Shown here: in pieces, positions 1 to 9,413 of the stretch
Position numbering within the stretch: position 1 is the first letter of the stretch
How the letters are laid out: each line of letters opens with the position of its first letter
Virus record (IMG/VR): IMGVR_UViG_3300049830_000172
Reading direction: 5' to 3' (one strand)
Origin: an uncultured virus (IMG/VR IMGVR_UViG_3300049830_000172)
Taxonomy: Duplodnaviria > Heunggongvirae > Uroviricota > Caudoviricetes
DNA length: 64,000 nt
Position numbers and translations under genes: made by a program
Notes under the pieces: model-generated
Told to the model about the DNA's origin: nothing
Seen by the model: the letters and a program-made list of their open reading frames with translations, nothing else
Database searches by the model: none

Positions 1-27
1 TATTAATATATAGTTCATTTATACCGA

Positions 28-55
28 AAACGGCACAGAATACTCTGTGCCGTTT
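28..55 (-). terminator. Intrinsic terminator downstream of nrdJ
   Basis: 12-bp stem aaacggcacaga/tctgtgccgttt with a 4-nt loop and a short T run on the minus strand, just past the nrdJ stop. Confidence 0.75.
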
Positions 56-73
56 AGATAATGAGTGATAAAT

Positions 74-3000
74 TTAACTACATTTACCTTCGCCGCAGTT
101 GGGACATATGGTGCATCCACTTTCAAATCTCAACTTATCACCACAATTTTGGCACTTTTCACTTCCGGTGGCTCCGTCAGTCACGTATTGTTTAAGCACA
201 CGTGCCATAACTCGCGAGAACGAATGAAAATCAGATTCCAAGTCCCTGCTTAGCTGTTCAGTTACAAATTGAACAGGAACTCCATGACGCAATGACATGG
301 AAATCATTCGAGTTTGGGCTGCATAATTTCCGTTGTCAAAAGAAATAGCAACATCTTTAATCTTCCACTCATCTTCGCCTTCACCAACTATCAAGTCATA
401 GCAAGCTGTTCTTCCCTTGGTGTTCATTTTTTCACACTTGCGCTTGTTTATGCGCCCGTGTTTGATTTTTCGAGGAATATCAACCTGCTCTTTAGCACCA
501 CCAAATACTTCGTAGGGTGCGCCATTTAGCAAACCAACAAGTGCAATCCAGTCCGTACCGTCAACTTTAACATGGTGAATGTCGCACGCAAGCTCCTTTG
601 GTCTTTTCGGGCAAAGCGCCTCAACAATCTCTGTTGCTGGGTCTTTCGTGTCGCCTATATTAACCAAAACGCCAGAACGCGAACCGTCAACATAGATGGT
701 AACGCCCTTGAGACCGTGCTTCCATGCCAACATATAAAGTTCCTGACCCTGTTCAACAGTGGTTCCTTTTGGCATGTTAATAGTTGACGAAATACCATGG
801 TCAATCCATTTCTGAATATGTCCCTGAATTTCGACTCTTCGCTTTGCGTCAATTTCCGGTGCAGTAACAAACCAATCCGGGAGAATTTTTAGAAATTCCT
901 CAGCCCAAAGCTTCGCGGGGAGCGTTTCTTCAATAATCTTCCACATTTCCATTTTATTGGTGGCAATTAAATACTGCTGTACATTGTGGTGAAACACTGG
1001 ATACTCTTGCCATTTATCACCGTTTTGGTCTGTGAAATCGACACGAGCACCAACATCAGAAGGATTAATCTTTCTTCGGCGGAGGTAAAAGTTTGAAAAT
1101 ACTGGCTCAAGCCCTGAACTAGTTTGTGAAACGATAGAAACACTTCCTGTTGGAGCGATTGTTAGCAAACTAATGTTGCGACGACCATGCTTCGCCATTT
1201 TGTCTTGAAGCCATTGTGGTAATCGTTTGATAAAGTCACAATTCTTTTCCGTTTCCCAATCGAAAGCTGGAAAAGCGCCTCTTTCAATCGCCAAATCTAC
1301 AGACGCATCATAAGCTGACACGCAGAATGCTTCAGAAATCTTATCGACAATTTCGATTGCCTCATCAGAATCATATCTGATATTCAAACAAGCTAGCGCA
1401 TCAGCCAATCCATGCATACCAAGTCCAGTTCGTCTACCTCTTTGTGCTGCACTTCGCAATTTACCCCAAAGAACTTTTTCTTCTGGTTCATCGCATGAAT
1501 CAATAATCTTGGTTAGATAGTCAATTTCTAAATCAACGATGTCATCCATGATTCGCATGCCCAATCGCGCCATTTCCTTGAAAGTTTCAAAATCGAAAGT
1601 GGCTTCTTTGGTATATGGGTTTAGAACATAGCCCTTGAGATTAAGGCTCGTGAGTCGGCAACTATCGTATGGAGATAATCCGATTTCGGCGCAATTGTGA
1701 ACCATTAATCCATTGGCATCAAATGCTGAAATTTCAGGAACAGTACAGTCATATACTGTTTCTTTACCTATGGGATTAATTTCACAAACTACTGAACATC
1801 CATTGTCTTTATTCAACGTGCGCTTGTATTGTTTCAACGCATTAGACAATTTATTCATTTTATCTGATTCGCTGAAACCAACTCTTTCAGCAAAAATTTG
1901 AATATTTTCGTTAGCTATTACCAATTCATGTCGGGCTTGACAATAATATTCTTGCTGTCCGCCATTACCGTCTGGCATCATTTGATAACCTTCTGGATGT
2001 CGATTCATATAAACGCTTGATAAAACACCAAGTCGAGCCAACATTCTTTGAGCGCCATATAAACCGTCCAAAGAAGTAGATGTAAGTCGTATACTCAAGC
2101 CCTTTTTGTGGTTACCCTGAACCGAGCCATCCGCATCAAACCAACCTTTTAGGAAACCAGCGTGAAAAGACGAAGATGAATCTTCAATCATTTCATTTAA
2201 CATTTTGTTACCATGTGTCATTCCAAATTTATTAGCCAATGAAGTTAACTTTACGGATGACACTCTTGAACGATTGTATTTTTCCTGATTTTGCCCAGTC
2301 ATGTCGGAACGACCACCAACGGATTCAAGAATAGTTTCAATAGCCATCGAGAGCATACTATTACGGTTTGCACCCCAAAAATCTAAATTAGACACACCAC
2401 TTTTTTCAATATTGCCGTCTCCCAACAAATTACCCAAAAGCCAACCCTCGTCTTTAGTTCCCAAACCACTCCATTGTATGTCTTTATGACGATTAAGAAC
2501 GATTCGGTCGCCTATTTGTAAATCCCCAACATCCTTCCATTCTCGTGATGCTTTTGCTCTTCCATTCTTAGTTTCAACCAACACGGGATGGTTTTCTGTT
2601 GCCTTAAGAGAGTAGCCTCGATTGGTTTTTATTTCGAAGACAGTCTTAACTCCCGTTTCATAAAATCCCCTGTCTGTAGACGCATATGATTTTCCATCGA
2701 CAATTGCATTAAATGGAATTCCAATTAAGTTTTTAACTTGTTTTGCTCCATTATCAGTCATTACCCATGTATCATCAGTAACGCAAGGATTCACGCAGAC
2801 AAGCTTAAATTCTTCATAAGCATGTGCGGGAAGGTTGCGACCGTAATTGTCCCAGAAAAGCAATCCTGGCTCTGCACACATGACTGCACTTTCATTGATT
2901 AAGTGCCATAATTCAGATGCGTTATAAGAAACAAGAACAGTTTTTTCTCCAGTCTTGCCGTGAATCCATTTTTTGCATCCGAGAGGGCGATTTAATGCTG

Positions 3001-3862
3001 GGTTTGCATCATACCACTCCCAACAACCATCTTTTGCCAAAATCTCTTCAACATTTGCTTCCAGCGGCCATCTACAAATCCATTCTTCATTGTTTTCAAC
3101 TGCTTGCATAAATTCGTCTGTAAGCATGATACTTACATTGGCACCAGTTACACGAGAAGTGTCTCGTTTCATGATAGTAAATTGAGGAATATCAGGGTGA
3201 AGAACATTCATGGTAATCATCAAAGCACCACGACGCCCGTTTTGACCAATCATTCGACATACTTCTGAAAAATAATTTGAAAAAGACCAAGCACCCGTTG
3301 ATGTACCAGCAGAGTTTGACACTGTGGCTCCATCGGGGCGCAAACTGTCAAGTGATAAACCGACACCGCATCGCCTCTTAAACAAATTAGCTAAATCTTT
3401 TCCAGTTTCCATGATTCCGCTCATGTTATCTTTTGGATAGTCAACAACTACGCAGTTGGAAATAGACACCTTCACGAACGGATTGCCGATTCCGTACATA
3501 GGACTTCCTTGCGGAACGATGTACTTAAATTGGTCTAGCGCCTTACGGAAGACTTCAAATGAAGTTGGATTGGGATACATTGAATCCTTAACTGCAAATT
3601 CATATGCGAGTCGGTTATGCATATCTGCTGGCGTGGATTCGACAAATTGTTTAGGCTCGTCTCCGCTTTTTGATGAAACAATAGCATTGTTTCGCAAAGC
3701 GTACTTCGAGGCAAAAACTGTTGATGCCAAGTGGTCATTGTTGAAATATTCAGACGATGCTTTTTCAACGTCTTGCATCGAAAAGCGAGGGGTTTGGTTG
3801 GGTTTTGTTGGTAAATCTGAATTCATTTTTTCTTTATTTTCTATGGCGCTAAAGGCACTCAC
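74..3862 (-). CDS. nrdJ: Class II (adenosylcobalamin-dependent) ribonucleotide reductase, intein-containing
   Basis: Motifs SNCVV, GVG, RRGA, NP[intein]CAEI, RRTGLG, TIAPTGS, ISSTIN, KGVTIY; C-terminal TSCPD-like region and Zn ribbon (CQNC...CPNC). Confidence 0.92.
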   Translation of the reverse strand: MSAFSAIENKEKMNSDLPTKPNQTPRFSMQDVEKASSEYFNNDHLASTVFASKYALRNNAIVSSKSGDEPKQFVESTPADMHNRLAYEFAVKDSMYPNPTSFEVFRKALDQFKYIVPQGSPMYGIGNPFVKVSISNCVVVDYPKDNMSGIMETGKDLANLFKRRCGVGLSLDSLRPDGATVSNSAGTSTGAWSFSNYFSEVCRMIGQNGRRGALMITMNVLHPDIPQFTIMKRDTSRVTGANVSIMLTDEFMQAVENNEEWICRWPLEANVEEILAKDGCWEWYDANPALNRPLGCKKWIHGKTGEKTVLVSYNASELWHLINESAVMCAEPGLLFWDNYGRNLPAHAYEEFKLVCVNPCVTDDTWVMTDNGAKQVKNLIGIPFNAIVDGKSYASTDRGFYETGVKTVFEIKTNRGYSLKATENHPVLVETKNGRAKASREWKDVGDLQIGDRIVLNRHKDIQWSGLGTKDEGWLLGNLLGDGNIEKSGVSNLDFWGANRNSMLSMAIETILESVGGRSDMTGQNQEKYNRSRVSSVKLTSLANKFGMTHGNKMLNEMIEDSSSSFHAGFLKGWFDADGSVQGNHKKGLSIRLTSTSLDGLYGAQRMLARLGVLSSVYMNRHPEGYQMMPDGNGGQQEYYCQARHELVIANENIQIFAERVGFSESDKMNKLSNALKQYKRTLNKDNGCSVVCEINPIGKETVYDCTVPEISAFDANGLMVHNCAEIGLSPYDSCRLTSLNLKGYVLNPYTKEATFDFETFKEMARLGMRIMDDIVDLEIDYLTKIIDSCDEPEEKVLWGKLRSAAQRGRRTGLGMHGLADALACLNIRYDSDEAIEIVDKISEAFCVSAYDASVDLAIERGAFPAFDWETEKNCDFIKRLPQWLQDKMAKHGRRNISLLTIAPTGSVSIVSQTSSGLEPVFSNFYLRRRKINPSDVGARVDFTDQNGDKWQEYPVFHHNVQQYLIATNKMEMWKIIEETLPAKLWAEEFLKILPDWFVTAPEIDAKRRVEIQGHIQKWIDHGISSTINMPKGTTVEQGQELYMLAWKHGLKGVTIYVDGSRSGVLVNIGDTKDPATEIVEALCPKRPKELACDIHHVKVDGTDWIALVGLLNGAPYEVFGGAKEQVDIPRKIKHGRINKRKCEKMNTKGRTACYDLIVGEGEDEWKIKDVAISFDNGNYAAQTRMISMSLRHGVPVQFVTEQLSRDLESDFHSFSRVMARVLKQYVTDGATGSEKCQNCGDKLRFESGCTICPNCGEGKCS
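1694..2785 (-). mobile_element. Intein with LAGLIDADG homing endonuclease (364 aa) in NrdJ
   Basis: Begins CVTDDTWV after NP, block B TENHPV, LAGLIDADG motifs LLGNLLGDG and FLKGWFDADG, ends GLMVHN followed by the +1 Cys of CAEI. Confidence 0.93.
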
Positions 3863-3990
3863 GGTAATACTCCTTAAAATCTATGCTTACTGCATTCATA
3901 TGTTTCATTTAGTATTTTTCAGTGGGTTTTGACACACTAAAAATACAAAAACAATCATTAAATTTCAACTCGTGCAAATTCAATGATTGT

Positions 3991-4584
3991 TCATTTTGTC
4001 CTTTTTACAGGAACTCCATCGTTGGAATAACCACAATGCTGACAATTCGTCCACAATGGAAAATTCTCCCCGCCACATTCATCACAATCTGTGAACAGAC
4101 TGGAATCCATGTTGTGAAAAAACTTAACCGCAGATAAAATGTTTTTTTGGACAGCGGTATTACGAGAATACTCTTCTAGTAATTTAACCGATATTTCATC
4201 TTTTGACAAGGCAGTTTCCATCTGTATTTCTTCCAATTTTTTACTGTAAGCTACATTAAGCAACGCATTATCAAATGGGTTCTTAATGGAACTGTTTTCA
4301 GCTTTAACTGGAACAACAGAACTACTGTCAGCCTGTCTTACGATATCTGTCCAAGACGTTATGGTGTTGATATTTATATTCTTCTCGTCATCAGTGACGC
4401 CCTTTAAATCTTCATCTTTTTTAAAGGGATTTTTGCCAGAAATTATGGCATCAATGTATTTTTGTTTCCCATCTTTTGTGGATAAATTTACATTGTTTAA
4501 AAAGCCGGGTAATGCACCCGAAAACACATCAGTCATGATTTTAAGTTTATCTTCATCACTGATGTGTTTTAGTCCTAATCTCAT
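3991..4584 (-). CDS. Hypothetical protein with C-terminal Zn ribbon
   Basis: 197-aa ORF in the operon; CDEC...CQHC. Confidence 0.7.
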   Translation of the reverse strand: MRLGLKHISDEDKLKIMTDVFSGALPGFLNNVNLSTKDGKQKYIDAIISGKNPFKKDEDLKGVTDDEKNININTITSWTDIVRQADSSSVVPVKAENSSIKNPFDNALLNVAYSKKLEEIQMETALSKDEISVKLLEEYSRNTAVQKNILSAVKFFHNMDSSLFTDCDECGGENFPLWTNCQHCGYSNDGVPVKRTK

Positions 4585-4591
4585 GGCAACC

Positions 4592-5029
4592 TTACAAAGC
4601 GTATTGTATTGGAATTACGAATATTCGCGTACAAACACCTTTTGCCCTTTTGTTCCCTACCTCAGCCGTATATTCAGTTTGCCTACAGACTAATACAACT
4701 CCTTGCGTTCTGGATTCCACTTCTTGTGCGGCAATTCTAAACGATGTCATAACTTGCTGCAAAGATACTGAACCAACACTAAGAACTCGGACGTAATTAT
4801 GGGCGGATAATACATGTAAGATGCTTCTAGATAGTCCCACAGGGTCTGTAGGACGTTTTGATGGGTCTGGGTCGTCAAATGCCCCACCCCTTGCCCTTAA
4901 AGTACAGGGGTCGCCCTTTTTAGGATTTGTGATTTTCTGGACAGCAGGGACATTACCATCCCCGGCACTTTCCAGATTCTCAGAAAGCACTCTGTTTAAT
5001 TCTTCACTAGCGTTCAATTTGTCGTTCAT
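4592..5029 (-). CDS. spoVS: SpoVS-like (Alba-fold) protein
   Basis: DPVGLSRSILHVL..VRVLSVGSVSLQQVMTSFRIA...GVVLVC follows the SpoVS pattern; ATG at 5029 overlaps the upstream stop (ATGA). Confidence 0.6.
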   Translation of the reverse strand: MNDKLNASEELNRVLSENLESAGDGNVPAVQKITNPKKGDPCTLRARGGAFDDPDPSKRPTDPVGLSRSILHVLSAHNYVRVLSVGSVSLQQVMTSFRIAAQEVESRTQGVVLVCRQTEYTAEVGNKRAKGVCTRIFVIPIQYAL

Positions 5030-6012
5030 CCTTCTATTCCACACAGAATCATGGCGTTTTTAAGACCTTCATATTCCTTTTGGAACTCCTGCTGAGTACA
5101 TTTATACAACGAAGCATCGTATTTTACGGTACTCGCACCATTAAGAACCTTTGAAATCATTTTTTGTTGGATTCCTGATAACTCTAATGACAATAAATTG
5201 TTAAAATTATCATTAGATTCCACAACATCATATAAACTTGATTCTTCATTTTCATCATCATGAAAATGAATACTCATGGGCTTAGAAGATAAAGTTGAAT
5301 GCGTTGGATACATGTCATGAAATCTTTCAAACAGATAATTAGAATGCTTTGACATTAAATGTTTTTTAATGTTTTCAACATTTGCTGTTTGCCAACAATC
5401 TTCGCATGGTTGAGAAGAGTGTGAGCATGCGATATTCTTTGGAGATTTATATGATTTACAGAATGGGCACGTAATCATATCCTCTACACTTTTACCGCAT
5501 AATTCAAGATGCTCCCACAGCAAATGTGCATGATGTTCTCTCAAGTGTGTAGATAGTGTATTACACCATTGTTCACAAATAGGGCATCGCGTAGCTACAT
5601 TTCTTTTATTGCTTGATAAGCTTTTCACCATGTTGGTAAAATGATGTGATAAAGACCCGTAGAAAAAGTTTTGAAAATATCCCTTTCCGCCATATCTAGA
5701 TTCCCCTCGAACTTCTCTGGGTCTCCATTCATTTAATACACGACAGAAAATTCGCATATATTCTTGGTCGAAATCATCTCTTTCTTCGTATAAGTGTCCG
5801 TATTTACGCCACCAATAATTGGCATAATTTGATGGTTCATAAATTTCACAAATCTTCTTGAAGAAATCATTTACATCAAAGCGGTTATCGTCTTGCATCG
5901 CTTTTTGATATTTAGTGATATAAATTTCCAAATCACTTTGCTGTTTGTCGTTCGATGAACGACGTTGTTTTTGAACTTTAGTTGTTTCACTTTTGGCTAA
6001 ATCTTTTTTCAT
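5026..6012 (-). CDS. SigH-like sigma-70 family factor with zinc-finger insertion
   Basis: Region 2-like DDFDQEYMRIF..F..F; region 3.2-like SKPMSI..DEESSLYDVV; degenerate region 4 (LSGIQQKMI..LNG); Cys/His fingers in between; SD GGAGAGG before ATG 6012. Confidence 0.6.
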   Translation of the reverse strand: MKKDLAKSETTKVQKQRRSSNDKQQSDLEIYITKYQKAMQDDNRFDVNDFFKKICEIYEPSNYANYWWRKYGHLYEERDDFDQEYMRIFCRVLNEWRPREVRGESRYGGKGYFQNFFYGSLSHHFTNMVKSLSSNKRNVATRCPICEQWCNTLSTHLREHHAHLLWEHLELCGKSVEDMITCPFCKSYKSPKNIACSHSSQPCEDCWQTANVENIKKHLMSKHSNYLFERFHDMYPTHSTLSSKPMSIHFHDDENEESSLYDVVESNDNFNNLLSLELSGIQQKMISKVLNGASTVKYDASLYKCTQQEFQKEYEGLKNAMILCGIEG

Positions 6013-6064
6013 TTTGTCCTCTCCGAGAGGGCAAACAATCAACCAAACTAGAGCAGATAATTGC

Positions 6065-6086
6065 AAAAAAACCCCATTACAGGGGC
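6065..6086 (-). terminator. Intrinsic terminator between recJ and the sigma-like gene
   Basis: Minus strand GCCCC-TGTAAT-GGGGT followed by a T tract. Confidence 0.65.
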
Positions 6087-6187
6087 GAAGAGCATTTGAT
6101 TTTATCTGGTTGAACGCGCCTACGTCTTTCTAGTGTTGAAGAAAATTCTTCACTAGCTTAGATATAGACGCATTCAAAATTATTAAA

Positions 6188-7951
6188 TTACAGATTTGAT
6201 GAAGAAATTTTTAAATCTTCTATTGTTAAGCTCAATGAAACTCTTCCTTGCCATTCGTTTTTGGACAATTTGAATACAACATCAACAATGGCATCTTCAC
6301 AATAGATATCTTTTTCGCTTCCTTTTCGCCAAGCAACAGCACCAATCCAGGGGTCTGAGTCTTTATTTCCTCGTAAACGCAATTTTAGATGCTTACCATC
6401 TTGTCCAACTGTGCTAGTTTGAATAATTTTCATATTTTTCACCATAAATATGGGCTCTGGATTGTCATTACCAAATGGAGCAAGTTTTAACAATGATTGA
6501 TACAACGTTTCATTAATTTCTCCAGGTTGAATTTTAGAATCAATATGAATAGTTCTAACACCGCGTATTCCCTTACCATTGGTTTTCTTTTTTGCGAAAG
6601 CATTTAACTGTTCTCGTAAAATATCTAGATTTTTGGCTGGAAAATCAAATCCAGCAGCAAAGGGGTGCCCGCCAGCTTTGGTGAACAACTCGTTGCACTC
6701 CGGTGACTTGATAGCCTCGATAATATTAAAACCTTCCACGGAGCGAGCGCTCCCCCTGCATGTACCATCGTCTTTAATGGTGCAAATCAAAGTTGGTTTG
6801 CCAAATTGTTCTGCGATTTTACCAGCTACCAATCCAACCAAGCCTGGGTGCCATCCTTTAGCAGCTATGAGAAGAATAGAATGCTCCTCAAGATTATCTG
6901 GAACAAGTTCCATCGCTTCCTGTGTTGCTTGTTCCTGTTGATGCTGACGACGACTGTTAGCGGAATTCAATTGTTCTGCTAAGAATTTTGCTCTTCTTTC
7001 GCTTGTTTCTAACATTAATTCCAGCGCCGTGTAAGAATCTGCCAATCGACCAACTGCGTTAATTCGCGGCCCAAGACTGAAACCAATACTCATGGTGTCC
7101 ACTTCTTTAACACCAGCGACTCTTAGAAGTTCTCGGACGCCCGCTTTTTTAGAATCTGTCAGGTATTTGCAGCCTAATGCAACCAAACTTCTATTTTCAT
7201 CAATCATCGGAGCAACGTCAGCGACAGTGCCTAATGCAACATATTCTAGTAAATCAGATGACAAAGCCTTTACATCATGATTCATCTTATTAGCTAAAGC
7301 CATCATTACTTTAAAAGCAATACCAACACCAGCTAAACCCGGAAATGGATAAGTGGAATCCAACCTGTTCGGATTAACAACGCCGATGCAGTCGGGAACC
7401 GAGCCATCTTGATTCGGAGTGTGGTGGTCTGTAATAATTAAATCAATATTTTTTGTCTTAGCATATTCAGCAGTCTCGAAAGCGAGAATGCCACAGTCAA
7501 CCGAAATAAACAAAGTGGCACTTGCTGCCAATGCACGGTCAATGCTAGATGGTTTGATGTCATAGCCATCATAAATGCGGTGAGGAACATGAAAATTGAT
7601 ATCTGCACCCAATTGTCGCAGAGCTGTCACAACTACGGCTGTTGCAGTAACTCCGTCCACGTCGTAGTCTCCATGTACAAAGATTTTCTCTTTATCATTA
7701 ATTGCTTTAACCAATCTATCCACTACTGGGATGATATCAGGCAGAAGCCAAGGATTATGCAATTTTTTCATCTCTAAGAGACAAAAATCTTCTACAGCCT
7801 CGGGTGTAGACAATCCACGAGCCACACATACACCAGCAATTGGAAGCGGCATTTCTAGTTCGTAAGCCAAATCCCTAGCAGCTTCTGTGTCATATTGACG
7901 CATTCGCCATTCAATAGGCGCTTTCTTTTCATCAGTTTGTGTTACTTTCAC
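6188..7951 (-). CDS. recJ: ssDNA 5'-3' exonuclease RecJ
   Basis: GDYDVDG, VDCG, TDHH, GTVADVAP, GSARS, GGHPFAAG, APFGNDN. Confidence 0.95.
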   Translation of the reverse strand: MKVTQTDEKKAPIEWRMRQYDTEAARDLAYELEMPLPIAGVCVARGLSTPEAVEDFCLLEMKKLHNPWLLPDIIPVVDRLVKAINDKEKIFVHGDYDVDGVTATAVVVTALRQLGADINFHVPHRIYDGYDIKPSSIDRALAASATLFISVDCGILAFETAEYAKTKNIDLIITDHHTPNQDGSVPDCIGVVNPNRLDSTYPFPGLAGVGIAFKVMMALANKMNHDVKALSSDLLEYVALGTVADVAPMIDENRSLVALGCKYLTDSKKAGVRELLRVAGVKEVDTMSIGFSLGPRINAVGRLADSYTALELMLETSERRAKFLAEQLNSANSRRQHQQEQATQEAMELVPDNLEEHSILLIAAKGWHPGLVGLVAGKIAEQFGKPTLICTIKDDGTCRGSARSVEGFNIIEAIKSPECNELFTKAGGHPFAAGFDFPAKNLDILREQLNAFAKKKTNGKGIRGVRTIHIDSKIQPGEINETLYQSLLKLAPFGNDNPEPIFMVKNMKIIQTSTVGQDGKHLKLRLRGNKDSDPWIGAVAWRKGSEKDIYCEDAIVDVVFKLSKNEWQGRVSLSLTIEDLKISSSNL

Positions 7952-8747
7952 GTATTTTAATCCTCAATTCGGTTCTATCATTGGCAATCATATTTTCGAT
8001 TCCATTTCTTAAAACGCGACCGCCATGTTTTAAGATAAATTCGTCAGGGTCTAATTTGTTGGGCAAAAAGACAGCGTGATGTTTTAATCCACCAGCCTCA
8101 GCCGTTGCAATCATTTTTTCCAAAGCTCTTTCACCAGCATCATCGGGGTCAAGCAAGAATACTACATGCTCGCAATATCTTTTAATAGTGGCAACGTGAT
8201 GGTCTGTTAGCGCAAGACCACAAACGCCGACTGTGTTCTCCAATCCATTTGCTACTGAAACTAATACATCAAAATAACCCTCGACAGCAAGCAAATAATT
8301 GCGCTCCCGAGCGTATTGTTTGGCATGGTCTAAATTGTATAAATGTCTGCTTTTGCTGAATCCAATCTCATTTAACCATTTTCCACGAAGCCATTTTTCA
8401 AAGCGTTTTTGAGCTTTTGCTGGGTCACGTCCATAAGAGTCCCAAAAAGCTCTCTCAGTGATGTCTTTCATGGGTTCAAACTGCCTACCAGCAAAAGCAA
8501 CTATGTCACCATGTACATCTCTAATAGGAACTGTAATTCTTCCACGTATTAAATCAAACCAATGGTCATAATACGGTGGGCAAAACCCGACAAGGCCTTG
8601 TTTTACAAAGTCTTCTGAAATACCACGCTCTTTCAAATAAGCAAGAGCTGGAGCATTTTGAAGCAGATTCCTGGAAAATAATCCAGCAACCTTTTCTAAA
8701 TCCTCCTGCGTGCGTAGCGCACGCTCTTGCTTAATGAGTTGTGCCAT
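7932..8747 (-). CDS. dnaG: DnaG primase catalytic (TOPRIM) core, lacking the zinc-binding domain
   Basis: YLKERGI, GRITVPI..G.IVAFAGR, VEGYFDV, DPDDAG, KLDPDEF; no CHC2 finger. Confidence 0.85.
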   Translation of the reverse strand: MAQLIKQERALRTQEDLEKVAGLFSRNLLQNAPALAYLKERGISEDFVKQGLVGFCPPYYDHWFDLIRGRITVPIRDVHGDIVAFAGRQFEPMKDITERAFWDSYGRDPAKAQKRFEKWLRGKWLNEIGFSKSRHLYNLDHAKQYARERNYLLAVEGYFDVLVSVANGLENTVGVCGLALTDHHVATIKRYCEHVVFLLDPDDAGERALEKMIATAEAGGLKHHAVFLPNKLDPDEFILKHGGRVLRNGIENMIANDRTELRIKIRESNTN

Positions 8748-8748
8748 G

Positions 8749-9336
8749 TTATACGTCTAAAGCTTTAACAACGTCAAGTAGGAAAGTGTTATCATAACCA
8801 TTAGTCAAATGTTCATCATAGGCTTTCTTAATCAAATTTCTACCCTCGCGAACATTGATGGTTTTGCCACCTTCGTCAATCATTATCTTATTACTGGTGG
8901 CTCCAACCAAAAACTCGTATGCACAGCCATTGCTATAATACCAATTATTGACAAACCTGATAGTGTTGACATATCCAAGTAATACCTCTCGCCAAAAAGT
9001 CAGATAATCATTTTGCTCCCATCCCTTCATGGAGAATTGTGTTGGGTCAATAACATATGCATGTGGGTACATCCATTTAGTCATTGCTGCTACCGTTTTT
9101 GCGTGTTGACAATTTTGCTCGAATAGTTGTTGTTTTGCTTGTTCAGATAAGCCAGTATTCCTTTCCTCTGGCGTCATTTTTGCAAGAGAATCCATATAAA
9201 GCAAACCACTTGTCATAGGTGTGCTAACATAAATAGCATTTTTACCAGAAATCAATGTAGCATATGGCTGAAGCATTTGTCCAATGAGTTCATCATATGG
9301 ACTTGTTGGAGGAAAATCGTATTTCATATTATTCAT
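8749..9336 (-). CDS. DUF4406-like (nucleoside deoxyribosyltransferase-like fold) protein
   Basis: IYVSTPMTSG...IDP...W..NDY...W..S.GCAYE. Confidence 0.5.
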   Translation of the reverse strand: MNNMKYDFPPTSPYDELIGQMLQPYATLISGKNAIYVSTPMTSGLLYMDSLAKMTPEERNTGLSEQAKQQLFEQNCQHAKTVAAMTKWMYPHAYVIDPTQFSMKGWEQNDYLTFWREVLLGYVNTIRFVNNWYYSNGCAYEFLVGATSNKIMIDEGGKTINVREGRNLIKKAYDEHLTNGYDNTFLLDVVKALDV

Positions 9337-9413
9337 AATCGTCTATTTAATAGCAAATTGGGCATTTTTTGAATCAAAAAACTCAAAAATGCCCAAAAAA
9401 CCACTATTTACGA

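Noticed and set aside
3863..3990. NrdR boxes upstream of nrdJ
   Set aside because: Only weak AT-rich partial matches
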